Assembly: GCF_006345805.1 (NCBI RefSeq)
Contig: NC_043001.1
Location: 13,082,001-13,146,000 of the forward strand
Direction of reading: 5' to 3'
Source of the DNA: Octopus sinensis
Taxonomy: Eukaryota
Length of the DNA: 64,000 nucleotides
In this document: positions 27,486-40,747 of the stretch, piece after piece
Position numbering within the stretch: position 1 is the stretch's first letter
Layout of the letters: each line of letters starts with the position of its first letter
Made by a program: the position numbers and the translations under genes
Notes under the pieces: model-generated
Seen by the model: only the letters and a program-made list of their open reading frames with translations
Databases searched by the model: none
What the model was told of the DNA's origin: nothing

Positions 27486-27855
27486 GGAAGCACTCCGTCG
27501 GTTACGACGACGAGGGTTCCGGTTGATCCGAATCAACGGAACAGCCTGCTCGTGAAATTAACGTGTAAGTGGCTGAGCACTCCACAGACACGTGTACCCC
27601 TAACGTAGTTCTCGGGGATATTCAGCGTGACACAGAGAGTGACAAGGCCGGCCCTTTGAAATACAGGAAGTAAGAGTGAGAGAAAGTTGTGGTGAAAGAG
27701 AACAGCAGGGATCACCACCATCCCCTGCCGGAGCCTCGTGGAGCTTTAGGTGTTTTCGCTCAATAAATACTCACAACGCCCAGTCTGGGAATCGAAACCG
27801 CGATCCTACGACCGCGAGTCCGCTTGCCCTAACCACTGGGCCATTGCGCCTCCAC
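27486..27855 (-). mobile_element. SINE family C, full length
   Basis: Reverse complement of 40748-41132 family. Confidence 0.92.
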
Positions 27856-27994
27856 TGTGTATTTATATATATGGCAAATGAAAGACGGAAGATTCATCCA
27901 GGTGTAAGCCATTCGTTAAGTTATTCCATATATAACAAGCAAAAGTGATAGTTCTAAAATCTCTCTCAGAGATTAATGCAGTAGATGTGCTGAA

Positions 27995-28207
27995 AAGTAA
28001 TATTCGTAACCACATTAACATGGCTGTCCGTTCGAGCGGACTCTACTGCAATTTCTTAAACCCAAGTGGACATATCCTCTAGCTGGTTTATCGGATGCAG
28101 CTTGTCATCGTTAACTAGCTACAGGAGATATCCTCTTGGGGTTAAAAACATGGCAGTAATGTTCGCTCAAACGGACAGTCATGTTAAAGTGGCTTCGAAT
28201 ATTTCTT
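27995..28207. repeat. Fold-back palindrome (~95-bp arms), probable MITE
   Basis: accacattaacatggctgtccgttcgagcgga...cccaagtggacatatcctctagctgg pairs with ctagctacaggagatatcctcttgggg...ttcgctcaaacggacagtcatgttaaagtggc. Confidence 0.85.
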
Positions 28208-28229
28208 GATATATATACATATATATGCT

Positions 28230-28515
28230 GGTGCATCGCCTTTAATCGAGCAACTCGACCCCGGGACTTATTCTTTGTAAGCCCAGTACTTATTCTATCG
28301 GTCTCTTTTGCCGAACCGTTAAGTGACGGGGACATAAACACACCAGCATCGGTTGTCAAGCAATGCTAAGGGGACAAACGCAGACACACAAACATACACG
28401 AACATACATTTATATACATATATACGACGGGTTCTTTCAGTTTCCGTCTACCAAATCCACTCACAAGGCTTGGTCGGGCCGAGGCTATAGCAGAAGACAC
28501 TTGCCCAAGGTGACA
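28230..28515 (-). mobile_element. SINE family B (5'-truncated)
   Basis: ttctatcggtctcttttgccgaaccg...ctaccaaatccactcacaaggc. Confidence 0.85.
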
Positions 28516-28774
28516 CGCATTTTGTAAAATGAATAAATAATTCAACATGCTAATATCCGAAATTTGATGAACAAAGTAAATTGTTTCTCCATTTTCTTAT
28601 TTGTATTATAAATTAATGGTAAAATATTTCTTTACCTTCACCCGTTTAATACAATAAATAAGTTAATTGCATTACAATTAAAAAACATTTATGTATTAAG
28701 AATTTGGGTACTTTACCAACAGTATATTGGATAAATACTATCCCTTAGTGGGTTGCACCCATCACCCCTAACTT

Positions 28775-29079
28775 ACATATATATATATATTATATATATA
28801 CATATACATATACATATACATTATATATACATATATATATACATATACATATATATACATATATATACATATACTATATATATACATATATATACATATA
28901 TATATATACATATATTATATATACATATATATACATATATATACATATATATACATATATATATACACATATATATATTACATATATATACATATATTAT
29001 ACATATATATATACTATATATATATACATATATATACATATATTATACATATATATATACATATATATACATAATATAC

Positions 29080-29110
<31 letters not shown>

Positions 29111-29286
29111 CATTATATATACATATATATATATATATAATATATATATATATAATATATATATATATATACATATACATACATATACATATATATATAC
29201 ATATATATATACATATATATACATATATATATATACATATATTATATATATATATACATAATATACATATATATACATATATATAT

Positions 29287-29362
<76 letters not shown>

Positions 29363-29485
29363 CGTAAATCTTGAACGATGAAAGTTATCAGGGAGATAGA
29401 TACATACATACATACATACATACATACATACATAACATACATAGATACATACATACATACATACATACATACATACATACATACA

Positions 29486-29515
<30 letters not shown>
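28775..29515. repeat. (TA)/(TACA) compound microsatellite and (CATA)n
   Basis: Direct reading. Confidence 0.97.
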
Positions 29516-29516
<1 letters not shown>

Positions 29517-30470
29517 GTGTATTTGTATGCGTCTCTGTTTTATTCCGCTGATAAACACAGTTTACATCACCAAATGTTAAAACCATTGGCAAATGATCAT
29601 AAATTCCGCATTTTCTTTTCGTTTCGTCACGCTATCCACTCAGTTTCCAGCCGTGTGTTATTTTGCAAACCAACGGTTCATCTGTTCACAAATTGCAATA
29701 TTAAGTTATGAATAAATATAAATATCTCATAACGCATAACAGCCAAAAGTTGCTTTGAATATGTGCACTCATTTTTGGCAATATTTGTATCCTCTTACTC
29801 ATGGAAAAATGTCAATATTTTGTATTTAACTTATTTTGGAATAAGTATGTTTAGCATCCATTTCAAAATTACACAAAGTAGTTAAACTTAACTTTATGTA
29901 TAGCTCTCGCACTCTCCATTCGACAAACAGGCAGTCACATACAAATACACGCCACACTCATGTGAACCACTTCAAAAAATTCTTCACAAAGCTGAGGCAT
30001 TCGCATCGGGATATTTCTCAAACTTTGTATTAAACGTAGTATACCACATACTTAATTCTGTTCCTTTTCATATGTCTGATATACAATTAATATGGAATAG
30101 ACACCCAACGCAAAATAATGCTACACTCCTAATAGCATCTTGTAATCGTCACTCACCACAAATCTGTATTGAAATGATTATACTTTCGTATCATTCTCCG
30201 AATGACGTCATTTCACTATGGCAACTTTAAACAGCGACAATACACAATCACTACACAGGGGAAAATCATTTTGGCCCTCTCTGCTATTAAGAATGATATC
30301 CCTCCTTTAGATCAAATATTATCAGTTCAATTTCAATGCTTTGATATCTCTGAAAATTTCTTCCATCAATATGCATCATCAACGTAGACTATAACTGCTA
30401 GAGCTAGAAAATAATCTGCACTAAACAACCGATTATTCTCTAATGTGGTAAAGCATGGCATAGAATATAT

Positions 30471-31044
30471 TATTGGGTTGTCCGAAAAGTTCGTGACAAC
30501 TTTTAAAGGAAAGAAAAAGGTCAATAAATACTTGCCATTACATTTTTAATCAACCAAATATGAACTATTTTGTTGCACAATTCGTCTCCATCTTTCTTTT
30601 AACTTGAAAATACCCTCTTCCCAGAATCGAGGTGGTTTCATAGCAATGAATCCATCAAAGTATCTTTTTCCGTCATCCAAGGAATTGAAATTTTTACCAT
30701 TAAGACTATTCTGCAGAATAAGTGAACCTGAATAAGTGGAAATCCGAAGGAGCAATATCTGAATATGGAGTGTGGGGTAACACATCCCAACCGAGCTGCA
30801 GCAATTTTTGTCTGGTTCCTAAAGCATCAAGTGCCGAAAATGGACTTTCTTATCTTCCATTTTAAAAGGTTACAGAATTAACACAAGTTATAGAAACATA
30901 AACCTTCTTCCACAAAAAGATAGCCTAAACTGTGCTCTAAATTGAGGTGCAGACAAATCCTATTTTATGAACTCAAACATGTTCTAAAATAAGTCGAAAG
31001 GTGAGCAACTATAAATCCGCACGAACTTTCCGGACAACCCAATA
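30471..31044 (-). mobile_element. Internally deleted mariner element with both TIRs
   Basis: TIRs TAttgggttgtccgaaaagttcgtg / cacgaactttccggacaacccaaTA; minus remnants MEDKKVHFRHLML joined to TRQKLLQLGWDVLPH and QNSLNGKNF...FWEEGIFKLKERWRRIVQQNSSY. Confidence 0.92.
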
Positions 31045-31747
31045 CTTGCACCATATCGACAACAGCAGTCATGTTACACCCAAAATCATTCTAGCTCCAT
31101 TCACAGATAATCAATGTTAGCGACTACAAATTATCGCTGCACGGACGATGAAAATCAGTGTCTTTGACACAGGTGAAATAGAATTCACAGATGCTTTGAA
31201 AACTGCAGTCGCTACTGAAAGGTTTTGCAAGCTCTTCTAAACCCATTGTAATGTTGGAAACCTTTTTGTATCGTGAGATGGTTTAAACATATACGCTGTG
31301 TAAAATAGAAAGAGAATTCTTCAAATTGGAGACACTTGGGGAAGAGATTACAGGCGGTATATATAATATTTGAGTTCCCTAAATCAGAAAGAGCTGGCGG
31401 CTTAGTTACAAACATTTTTTTAAACAATGGGATCGCGAGCGATTTTTAAAGCTCATTAGACTGACTTTTCATTTGCTTTTAGTTTATTCTTAAAAATTGC
31501 TATTTCGTGGAAACAACTCTTAATGCTTTCTTATTCGTTGAAAATCTGAACTGGGATATGGGGAAGATATTTTTCTTATATCATCTAAAGTGTTTAGCTT
31601 GCTGTTCGTTATATTCTCCAAAATTTTATATTTATGCGTTACCCCACCAAATTCTGTATTGCATATCTGGTATATGATGGATTTTTTTCATGGATGTGTG
31701 CATAACAGATGTGTTTCCGAATGTACGGCATTCTTTCTATATTTCCA

Positions 31748-31975
31748 GGGCAGCGAGCTGGCAGAATCGTTAGCACGCTGGAGGAAATGCTTAGCAGTAT
31801 TTCGACCGTAGCTACGTTCTGAGTTCAAATTCCGCCGAGATCGACTTTGCCTTTCATCCTTTTGGGGTCGAGAAATTAAGAATCAGTTGACTTCTGGGGG
31901 GGGGGGGTTGATGAAATCGACTAGCCTTCTCCCCTAACATTCCAGGCCTTGTGTCCATAGTGGAAAGGATTATTA
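31748..31975 (+). mobile_element. SINE family A with alternative tail
   Basis: ggcagcgagctggcagaatcgttagc...ccaggccttgtgtccatagtggaaaggattatt. Confidence 0.88.
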
Positions 31976-33275
31976 CGTGTTTTCCACGAATGAAAGATAA
32001 TTTTATATTTGGTTCACCATGATTTGACTTCCGATTCTCATTGGCTAAATGTATTGTGTTGCAAGGGAAATTTCAAGTCGTTTCCCCTAATTTTTATTCT
32101 ATTTTTTAAAAGGCATATTATCATTTAGATGCACCAATGGGGAATTGATGATAAACACCTTAATGTCCGCTATAAAATATTCTTTATTTGTAGATTTCAT
32201 CTCTCAAAAGGACGGACGTGTCAAAATATTTTCAATTTTCATTTAGAATTGCGTTAATGTATCGCGGATTAATGTACATTAGTTAAAACATAAACATCGA
32301 GAGCAAAGTAATTACCAGTAGAATTTTAGATTTATGATTCCATTTCAACTAATAAATAGAAGCTAGGGTTTAACATCGGAAATGTTTCACTAATATTGCT
32401 AATAGTCCTCGTTGCATTAGCATGAACGTTTATGAAAAAAATTGATTAATTGTTTTCAGATGCAGTTTTGTAGGAACTATATCACACGAACCCCTCATGA
32501 AAGAACAGAGAGCGTTGTTTTAAGGACAGACTATATGGTTGTGAATATACTGTTGAATTCTTTATATAGAAATAAAGCAAGAATATTTATAATTTAATTG
32601 TTTTGGTTTGAAATTAGTATAAGTTTTTCGTGTGAGAATAAGCTGGGAATTTGTATACCTATAGAGAAAAATATAAGCGAAATTAATTGCATTCCAATAA
32701 TGATTAATTTAATATTATCTTATTAAATAATTACAAATGCACCGATATTTCAAAGGGAACTAGAACACGTATTATGTACACTGAAACCTAAGAATCACAG
32801 GAATGTGTAGAAAAACAGAATCCAAAGTAATCTGCAAGCAGCAAAGAAAGCATCCAGATCGCTAAGGCGAAAAGGAGGTTATCGGGATCCACATTGGAAA
32901 GCCACTTTCATAGCACTAAGTTTGAGATGGTCGCCTGGAGTAGGGTGTATGTTGTGAAGTCCAAATCATATAGACACCTAAGTTTACAGTATTGTGTCCA
33001 GGTTATGCATCTGTGATTGTATGCTGAATGCAGTTTGTCAAACTGCGGTCATGCTGAGTGGAAGAGCGAGTAGGACCATTTCTTGTTAGCAGGTTTCTTC
33101 AGCTCTTTGGAGTTTCTAAAGCGCAGTTATTTGCGACTGGTTTCGATATATTTCTTCTTCGAAATACTGGCACAAATACAAGAATTTCGATAAATTAGCG
33201 GTTCGTCAAAATATATACCGTGTTCTAAAGTACAGAATACTTGGGTCCAGTTCTCCAACTAAAACCATCGAACGC

Positions 33276-33307
<32 letters not shown>

Positions 33308-33590
33308 TCCATGCATATATATATATATATATATATATAATACATGTGTACAAGTGTATTATAATCACTAACGTGAGAAGAAATATTTTCGTCTTCTAAC
33401 CTTTGAACGCGTATCGCTTAACCATTAGGTATTGGAGTTTTGCGTATGAAAGAAAATGGGACATAAAACCTAGCGAACGTACCACATACTATTTGATCGG
33501 AGTGATACCTCTTTGTACTGAATCCTTTGGAAAAATACGAAACAGGATATATTCTGTGACATGTATGTGTCAGCAACGCTAAAAATATAA

Positions 33591-33710
33591 CCGAGCACCG
33601 TATGTCACTTTGAAAGCACCGGTTCTCGTCCGATCAACGAAATTAAGCAGCGTCCAGCCTACTGGGTACTTGGATAGGTGCCCGCTTGGGAAACCTAGGT
33701 GCTGTAAGCA
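33591..33710 (+). pseudogene. 5S rRNA pseudogene (isolated, diverged)
   Basis: tgaaagcaccggttctcgtccgatc...gtacttggataggtgcccgcttgggaaacctaggtgctgtaagc matches metazoan 5S; 5' end degraded, no oligo-T terminator. Confidence 0.88.
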
Positions 33711-33961
33711 TCTCTCTCTCTCTGAGCAGTGAATATTCTATCTTATGTGTGTATGTGCGAGTTTTTGTGTGAGTGAGTGTGTTAGTGTGTGTGTCTGCAC
33801 GCTCACGTTTTGTTATATATTTGCATTAAGGTTATTTGTTTAAAAGTCGTGAATAACACATGTTTAAATCTAGCCCATTTCGTTTAGTAGCTGTAATTAG
33901 CAGCTGTTCGTCAGTGAATGAACCTGACGAACAGCATTATGAGGATGATACGCGTATGACT

Positions 33962-34363
33962 AGGCGGCGAGCTGGCAGAATCGTTAGCATGTCGGGCGAA
34001 ATGCTTAGCGGTATTTCGTCTGTGGCTACGTTCTGAGTTCAAATTCCGCCGAGGTCGACTTTGCCTTTCATTCTTTCGGAGTCGATAAATTAAGTACCAG
34101 TTACGCACTGGGGTCGATGTAACCGACTTAATACCTATGTCTGTCCTTGTTTGTCCACTCTATGTTTAGCCCCTTGTGGATAATAAAGAAATAGGTATTT
34201 CGTCTTCTGCTACGTTCTGAGTTCAAATTCCGCCGAGGTCAACTTTTCATTTCATCCTTTCGAGGTCGATAAACTAAGGACCAGTAACGCACTGGGGTCG
34301 ATATAATCGACTTAATCTGTTTGTCTGTCCTTGATTGTCCTCTGTGTGGGTAGTAAAGAAATA
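33962..34363 (+). mobile_element. Dimeric SINE family A with one TSD
   Basis: Junction aaagaaata|ggtatttcgtc at ~34193; flanks gatacgcgtatgact / ggtatgcgtatgact. Confidence 0.9.
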
Positions 34364-34509
34364 GGTATGCGTATGACTGCCCGTATGCGATTGCATAGTA
34401 TTCTATTCCAAACCATATTATATATACGTGTATTCTTTTACGGAAATGCATTCGTTTCAAAATTTTCTATGCGGTTCATATTTATCCAGCATATTTGTCT
34501 ATATCGTGA

Positions 34510-34808
34510 ATGCTATGGCGTTCGACTCACGATCGTTTGGGCGTGAGTTCAATTCCCGGCGACGCGTTTTGTCTTTGGTCAAGATACTTTATTTCATATT
34601 GGTCCAGTCCACTCATCTGCCAAAACTGAGTGGACTGTATTTCAAAGGGCCAGCCTTGTCACACGCTGTCTCGCGCTGAATCTCCCTGAGAACTACGTTA
34701 AGGGTATATTTGTCTAAGGGTATATGCACCAACACCTGCACATTAGTTTCTCAAGCAAGCTGTTCCGTTATCCTATCAGCTGGGACCTTCGTCGTTCTAA
34801 CCGACGGA
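34510..34808 (+). mobile_element. Chimeric SINE: D-type 5' half + C-type tail (diverged)
   Basis: ggcgacgcgttttgtctttggtcaagatactttatttc then ctgtatttcaaagggccagccttgtc...aaccgacgga. Confidence 0.7.
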
Positions 34809-35407
34809 TGCGCATTTGTATGTGTCTATACATTTGAGGGAGCAGATTGTGCATACATGCGAGTGTAACTGTTAATGTTTGTTGTAGTTCTCTGTTTATG
34901 GGCAGTGATCGCATGTTAGAAGGAAGCCTTATGCGTATATACGCGTGTATGCCAGCTGCTTTCTTAGAAATGCATGCCCGTGGTGTGTGGGCGTTTGTAG
35001 TCATGTGTACATATAAGAACCACAAATCTTAGCAGGCTTTGAAGGACGTATTTTGTGCCTGTAGCTCATGAGGTGTAACGAAGCAGAAACAAATATCTAA
35101 CAGTCCGATAGGGCCCTTCATATGCTAACGACATGGGTTATCGCACACGTTTGCCTCGGGATAATTTCACTTTCAAGAGAGTTAGTTTGTCCACGAACTC
35201 ATTTTAATATATATGTAAAAATCTTTATTTCCAATTATCGGAGCTTATTTCGAGCTTCACTAAGTTTCCCTTTTGCGTATATGAACGGCAAGTAAACAAC
35301 AGCTTCCGTGTCTATTGCTCATGAAGCGTAACGACACAGAAACATAGGTCTTATATTGAGATAACTGCTTTGATCTCCTGTTGTTTGTGTTGAGTGTAAG
35401 GAGAAAT

Positions 35408-35563
35408 TCTGCTACCTCCTTTATGAATAGGGCATATTTTACCTTCCTTCAGTTTTCTTGGAAGTTTGCCAGTTGCAAGGAAGCTCTGAAAGAGGAACTG
35501 CAGTGGGCTTGCTAGCACTCTCTTACATACTTTTAGAAGGATTGCTGGGAATCCATCGAGGCC
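35408..35563 (-). pseudogene. Isolated LINE reverse-transcriptase fragment (region 0/1; CR1/Jockey-like)
   Basis: GLDGFPAILLKVCKRVLASPLQFLFQSFLATGKLPRKLKEGKICPIHKGGSR, 52 codons with no stop; matches the GPDG...P..WK.A...PI.K pattern. Confidence 0.85.
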
Positions 35564-36511
35564 GTTTCAATTACCATACGGAAATTTCTTTAAACGTTTT
35601 ATCATACTACGGTGTATAAAATTTATCATACACAATTTCATTAGTTTGTTGCAGAAGGCGAGTGCTTCTGTATACGATATATATACATGCTCACGTTATG
35701 CAGGAATTCATTGGTTAGACGACCTTGGGTTGTATATTTATGATTGTGATTTGGGTGGATAATATGTTTGCGTATCACGTATGTTTTGCATATACCTATG
35801 TGTGCGTAAGGGAGGTGAGTTTAATTCTTATAGAGTACATATGCTAGTGAATGCTTCTGTGTTTGCGAATGAAAGACAAATGATGGTCACATGTAAGTGT
35901 ATATATTCGTCCTAATAAACACGGTGTTAATGTTTTGTGAGCTTTTCCGGCAACATTAAAGAAATTGCAGTCTGGAAATAAATGTGTACGTGTGAATCGT
36001 TCGAGAAGAATTAGCATGTTTCCCCAGGCGAGTAAGTCACTTTATTATATATTAGAATATTATAATATATAATAGTATTATATATTTGTGTTGGGCATGT
36101 TGTCCTTTGAGATTAAACCGTCAATAACATCACATGAGATAGAAAAAGATGCTTCTGTTCGATAAAGATGAAAGAGTCGTTTGATGCGGATGATTTATTG
36201 ACAGGAATAGTAAAAATGTTTGTATTCATTACAAACGAATAGGTGTCACTACTTATGAGACAGAGCAGAATAGCAAATTCCATGCTCATATGGATTAAAT
36301 AGAGAGAAACTTCTCGACACAAAGTGCAATGGGATGAAGACAATTAAAATATGAATATATATATATATATAATATATATATATATATTATATATATATAT
36401 ATATATATCAAACGTGAGGATAAAATTCTTTTCGAAAAAAAATATCTACTCGAAAACAATTTTATCAATGGCCAGCATATTAAAAGATACCTTTAACGGT
36501 TAAATTTATAT

Positions 36512-36678
36512 AATTCATAAATGAGGGCAAGGGAAAAAATGTCTAATGCCAAATATGCCGAAAAATTGGACATATTGTCCATTAACCATACAGTGAAAAA
36601 ACTATATGGTTAATGGACAATATGTCCAATTTTTCGGCATATTTGGCATTAGACATTTTCCCTTGCCCTCATTTATGA

Positions 36679-36681
<3 letters not shown>
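36512..36681. repeat. Near-perfect inverted repeat (~78-bp arms, 14-nt loop)
   Basis: aattcataaatgagggcaaggg...ccattaaccata / tatggttaatgg...cccttgccctcatttatgaatt; only a 2-nt homopolymer difference. Confidence 0.95.
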
Positions 36682-36710
<29 letters not shown>

Positions 36711-36718
<8 letters not shown>

Positions 36719-36788
36719 TAAATAAATGAATGGAGTTGAACACCTTCGTTCAACTCGTTGAACTCCATTCATTTATTTATTCATATAT
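36711..36788. repeat. Second inverted repeat (~27-bp arms)
   Basis: tatatgaataaataaatgaatggagtt / aactccattcatttatttattcatata. Confidence 0.9.
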
Positions 36789-37894
36789 AACACACAAATT
36801 TCTGCATGTGAACCCGGAGTTTCTACCATTGGACACGTCGCTTCAACCGTGTTTCTGACGCGAATTTGCTACCCTGGTATCGGTTCATTGAATTTTCCAT
36901 GTTGACGATAAACATAGGATAATTCATTCTCCTATCGAAATATATATATATATATATTATATATATATATATATATATACGTGTGTATTGTTTTGCGAAG
37001 TCCTCTGCTCTGTATGACTCTCAAATGAAAACAAAAGACTGCGGTTATATTTTCTCTACATAGGTGCCCACATTCTGTCTAAGGTATCTCTGTTCATCCA
37101 GGGATTTAACATATTCCCCTTCGAATTTATTATTCATGATGATATTCAATTTTAAACAAAACGAAGTTCAGAGATTCACTCTTGGAATTCTCATTTTTGT
37201 CGCTACAAAAACAATTTTTTTTCTCTGAACATCGACTCCCTTCTGGTTTTCATTCATATTCTCATCACTTCAGACAAACATTGTTTCTTCATTCCTCATA
37301 TACACCGCACAATGTGTCTCTATCTTTTATGTAACTTATTTCAGCTTTTGAAGAGGCGTATTGTTATCAGGGCGCCAGGGCCACTCATTATATTAGATAG
37401 TTTGGAAATGTTTTTAAACGAATAAACGTCAAATTTATATAAGATTCGTATTTCGATTCATTTATCTTTAAGAAATTATAAAGTATATAAAATCGGAATA
37501 TTTGTATTTAATAAAACGTAATAAATAAAGTAAATATTTGATAGCAAAATTTAAGCTAGAAATCAATTTCAAATCTCCATGGTAAGTGTTTTCAATACGC
37601 AACATAATGGAGTATTTTATATCTATAGCGTCTCTTCGCGTATGTGATTAAAATGTTTCAAATAAGTTATTAATGAGATATACATTTCTGTTCTTTTTTT
37701 TTAATATTTTCTGAAGGAGTCTAAACAAAACATTATAAATCTTTTTAAAGTTGAGTGTTTATTCAGTTGCTTTCTAAAAATATGTTGAACACGATTTCCT
37801 TACATTAGCGCAAAAACACATTTTTTCCGCTTGTGTTTTTATTTTTTTTATGTAATAATTGTTAAAATAAAAGGTACCAAGTCGGCAAAAGTAT

Positions 37895-38723
37895 TCTTTT
37901 CTACTCCAGGAAAAAAGGCCCGATTTTTGGCGGGGGGGGGGATAGTTCGATTAGATCGACTCCGGTACGCAAATGGTACTAAATTTATCGGCCACGAAAT
38001 GATGAAAGGCCAAGTCAGCCTTGGCAAAAGTAGAGACAGATGAAACACCGCTAAGCATTTCGCCCGGCGTCCTAACGTTTCTTATTTCTTTATTGCCCAC
38101 ACAGGGCAAAACACAGAGGGAACAAACAAGGACAAAGGGATTAAGGCGATTACATCCACACCAGTACTTAATTTATCAGGGAAATTCCTATTTCTTTACT
38201 ACCCACAAGGGGAAGAAAAGAGAGGAAAAACAAGGACAGACAAACGGATTAAGACGATTATATCGACCCCAGTGGGTACCTGGTACTTATTTAATCGACC
38301 CCGAAAGGGTGAAAGGCAAAGTCGACCTCGGCGGAATTTGAACTCAGAACGTAATGGCAGACTAAATTAAGTCGTTTATATTGACCCCAGTGCGTAACTG
38401 GTACTTAATTTATCGACCCCGAAAGGATGAAAGGCAAAGTCGACCTCGGCGGAATTTGATCTCAGAACGTAACGGCAGACAAAATACCTATTTCTTTACT
38501 ACCCGCAAGAGGTTAAACACAGAAGGGACAAACAAGGACAGATAAACGGATTAAGTCGATTACATCGGCCCCAGTGCGTAACTGGTACTTAATTAATCGA
38601 CCCCGAAATGATGAAAGGCAAAGTCGACCTCGGCGGAATTTGAACTCAGAACGTAACGGGGCAGACGGAATACGGATACGCATTTCGCCCGGCGTGCTAA
38701 CGATTCTGCCAGCTCGCCGTCTT
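37895..38723 (-). mobile_element. Multimeric SINE family A cluster (about 5 full or partial units)
   Basis: Repeated atcgaccccgaaaggatgaaaggcaaagtcgacctcggcggaatttgaactcagaacgt cores; single head at ~38700-38723. Confidence 0.9.
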
Positions 38724-39230
38724 AAGCCAACAAAAGTATTAAATGCTTCGCAAAAATGCTTACCGTCATTTGTTTCTTTTAATTATATTCTAACATCAGG
38801 TTCCTCCAAGTCTACTTTCACTCACATCATTTCGTGCCGATAAAATATATGAACCAATTCAGCGCTTTGGGCCAATGTACTCGGCTCACCCTTACGCTGA
38901 TATTACACCAAAATATGAAACCCTTATTAATATTTGGTATACACAGCATTTCTTTGACAGAGACAGTATTACGTCGGACAAAATGACTGACATTCATTGT
39001 TTCGCTATATATTTATAAATGTTGAGTTCAAATCCCCTCAACGCCCAGTCGGATTAACTAAATTAATGTAGGAGTATATAAATATGGGTGAGATAATGAT
39101 CAGGCTTTCCAACATCAATTCCACTCGCACAACATATACGTGAGAAACTTATTCATAACTCATCGTAATTTGTTTTATGCTACTGTACGTACAATGCACA
39201 CACTTCTTTATATATTTATATGTGTGGAAA

Positions 39231-39646
39231 AGGCAGCGAGCTGGCAGAATCGTTAGCACGCCGGGCGAGATGTTTTGCAACATTACGTCTGCCGTTATAT
39301 TCTGAGTTCAAATTCCGCCGAGGTCGGCTTTGCCTTTCATCTTTTCGGGGTCGATAAATTAAGTACCTCTTATGCACTGGAGTCAATGTAATCGACGTAA
39401 TCCGTTTGTCTGTCCTTGTTTGTCCTCTCTGTGTTTAGCCCCTTGTGGGTCGTAAAGAAATAGGTATTTCGTCTGTCATTACGTTCTGATTTCAAATTCC
39501 GCCGAGGTCGGCTTTGCCTTTCATCCTTTCGGGGTCGATAAATAAAGTACCAGTTTAGCACGGGGGTCGATGAACTCGACTTAATCCGTTTGTCTGTCCT
39601 TGTTTGTCCCCTCTATGTTTAGCCCGTTGTGGGCAGTAAAGAAATA
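39231..39646 (+). mobile_element. Dimeric SINE family A
   Basis: Junction aaagaaata|ggtatttcgtctg at ~39462. Confidence 0.9.
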
Positions 39647-40157
39647 TATATTTGTGTGCGTGTGCGTGCGTGCATGTCTTTATATATGTGTTCTGAGATA
39701 CATATTGACAAAATCAGCACGTAACACTAATTGATATATCTTAATGTCTGAAGTGGCAAAAAAACAAACAAAAAAAAACAGAAACTTGTCTTTTAGAAAG
39801 AGTTGACTAATGACAATTAGACATATTAATTATCATTAAGAACGTTTGTTCCGCATGCTAAACAGCGTAAGAGAGTATGTGGAGAATTTGAAGCACTCTC
39901 CAGAAAATCAAAAATATCCAAATAATAAATAACAAACGAATTGACGTCAATACGTTTCTACGTTTTACATTTGCATTCACAATAGCTTCATAGGATAAAG
40001 ATTTCCAACAGACACGTGACTTTGTACTCCGTTTATGAATGTAAGAACTCTAAAGAACTCACATTTACAACATAGTGTTTGTGGTGCCGGCCGTGTGCGT
40101 TTCTGTACGTGTCATATTATGCTGTGGAAACTAATATTAAGCTTTATCCAGTTTAAA

Positions 40158-40385
40158 TCTTATTTCTTTATTGCCTAGAAGAGGCTAAACATAGAGCGGA
40201 CGAACAAGGAGGGATAAAGTCGATTACATCGACCTCAGTGCGTAACTGGTATTTAATTTATCGACCCCGAAAGGATGAAAAGCAAATTCGACCTCGACGG
40301 AATTCTAACACAGAACGTAGCGGCAGCTGAAATACCGCTAAATATTCCGCCCGGTGTGCTAACGTTTCTGCCAGCTTACCGCCTT
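40158..40385 (-). mobile_element. SINE family A
   Basis: Tail, core and head in reverse complement. Confidence 0.88.
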
Positions 40386-40747
40386 TAAATCTGGCATATT
40401 TATAATATCAAGATTCCACAAATTCTTATAGATTTTAAACTGAAATATTTCGTCAATTTGTGGGCACGGTAAAAAAACATGTTGCAAAGGTTCGCGCTGC
40501 AAACAGCAATATATTCTTTGAAATTAAACATCTAAGTAGGTGTCGATGCCTGGATATAGACTTAGACATTCATTACCTTACATCTAGAGTACCTCTTGTG
40601 AATCACATTTGTATTTGGGAACACTATAATTCATATATTTCAGGTCGTAGTTTATTTTTCCCCAAAATTCATGCCCTCATCTCCAGTATGAAGTGTAACC
40701 AAACATAATTCTATTTATACACCTACAATTCGCTTAGATATTGCATA

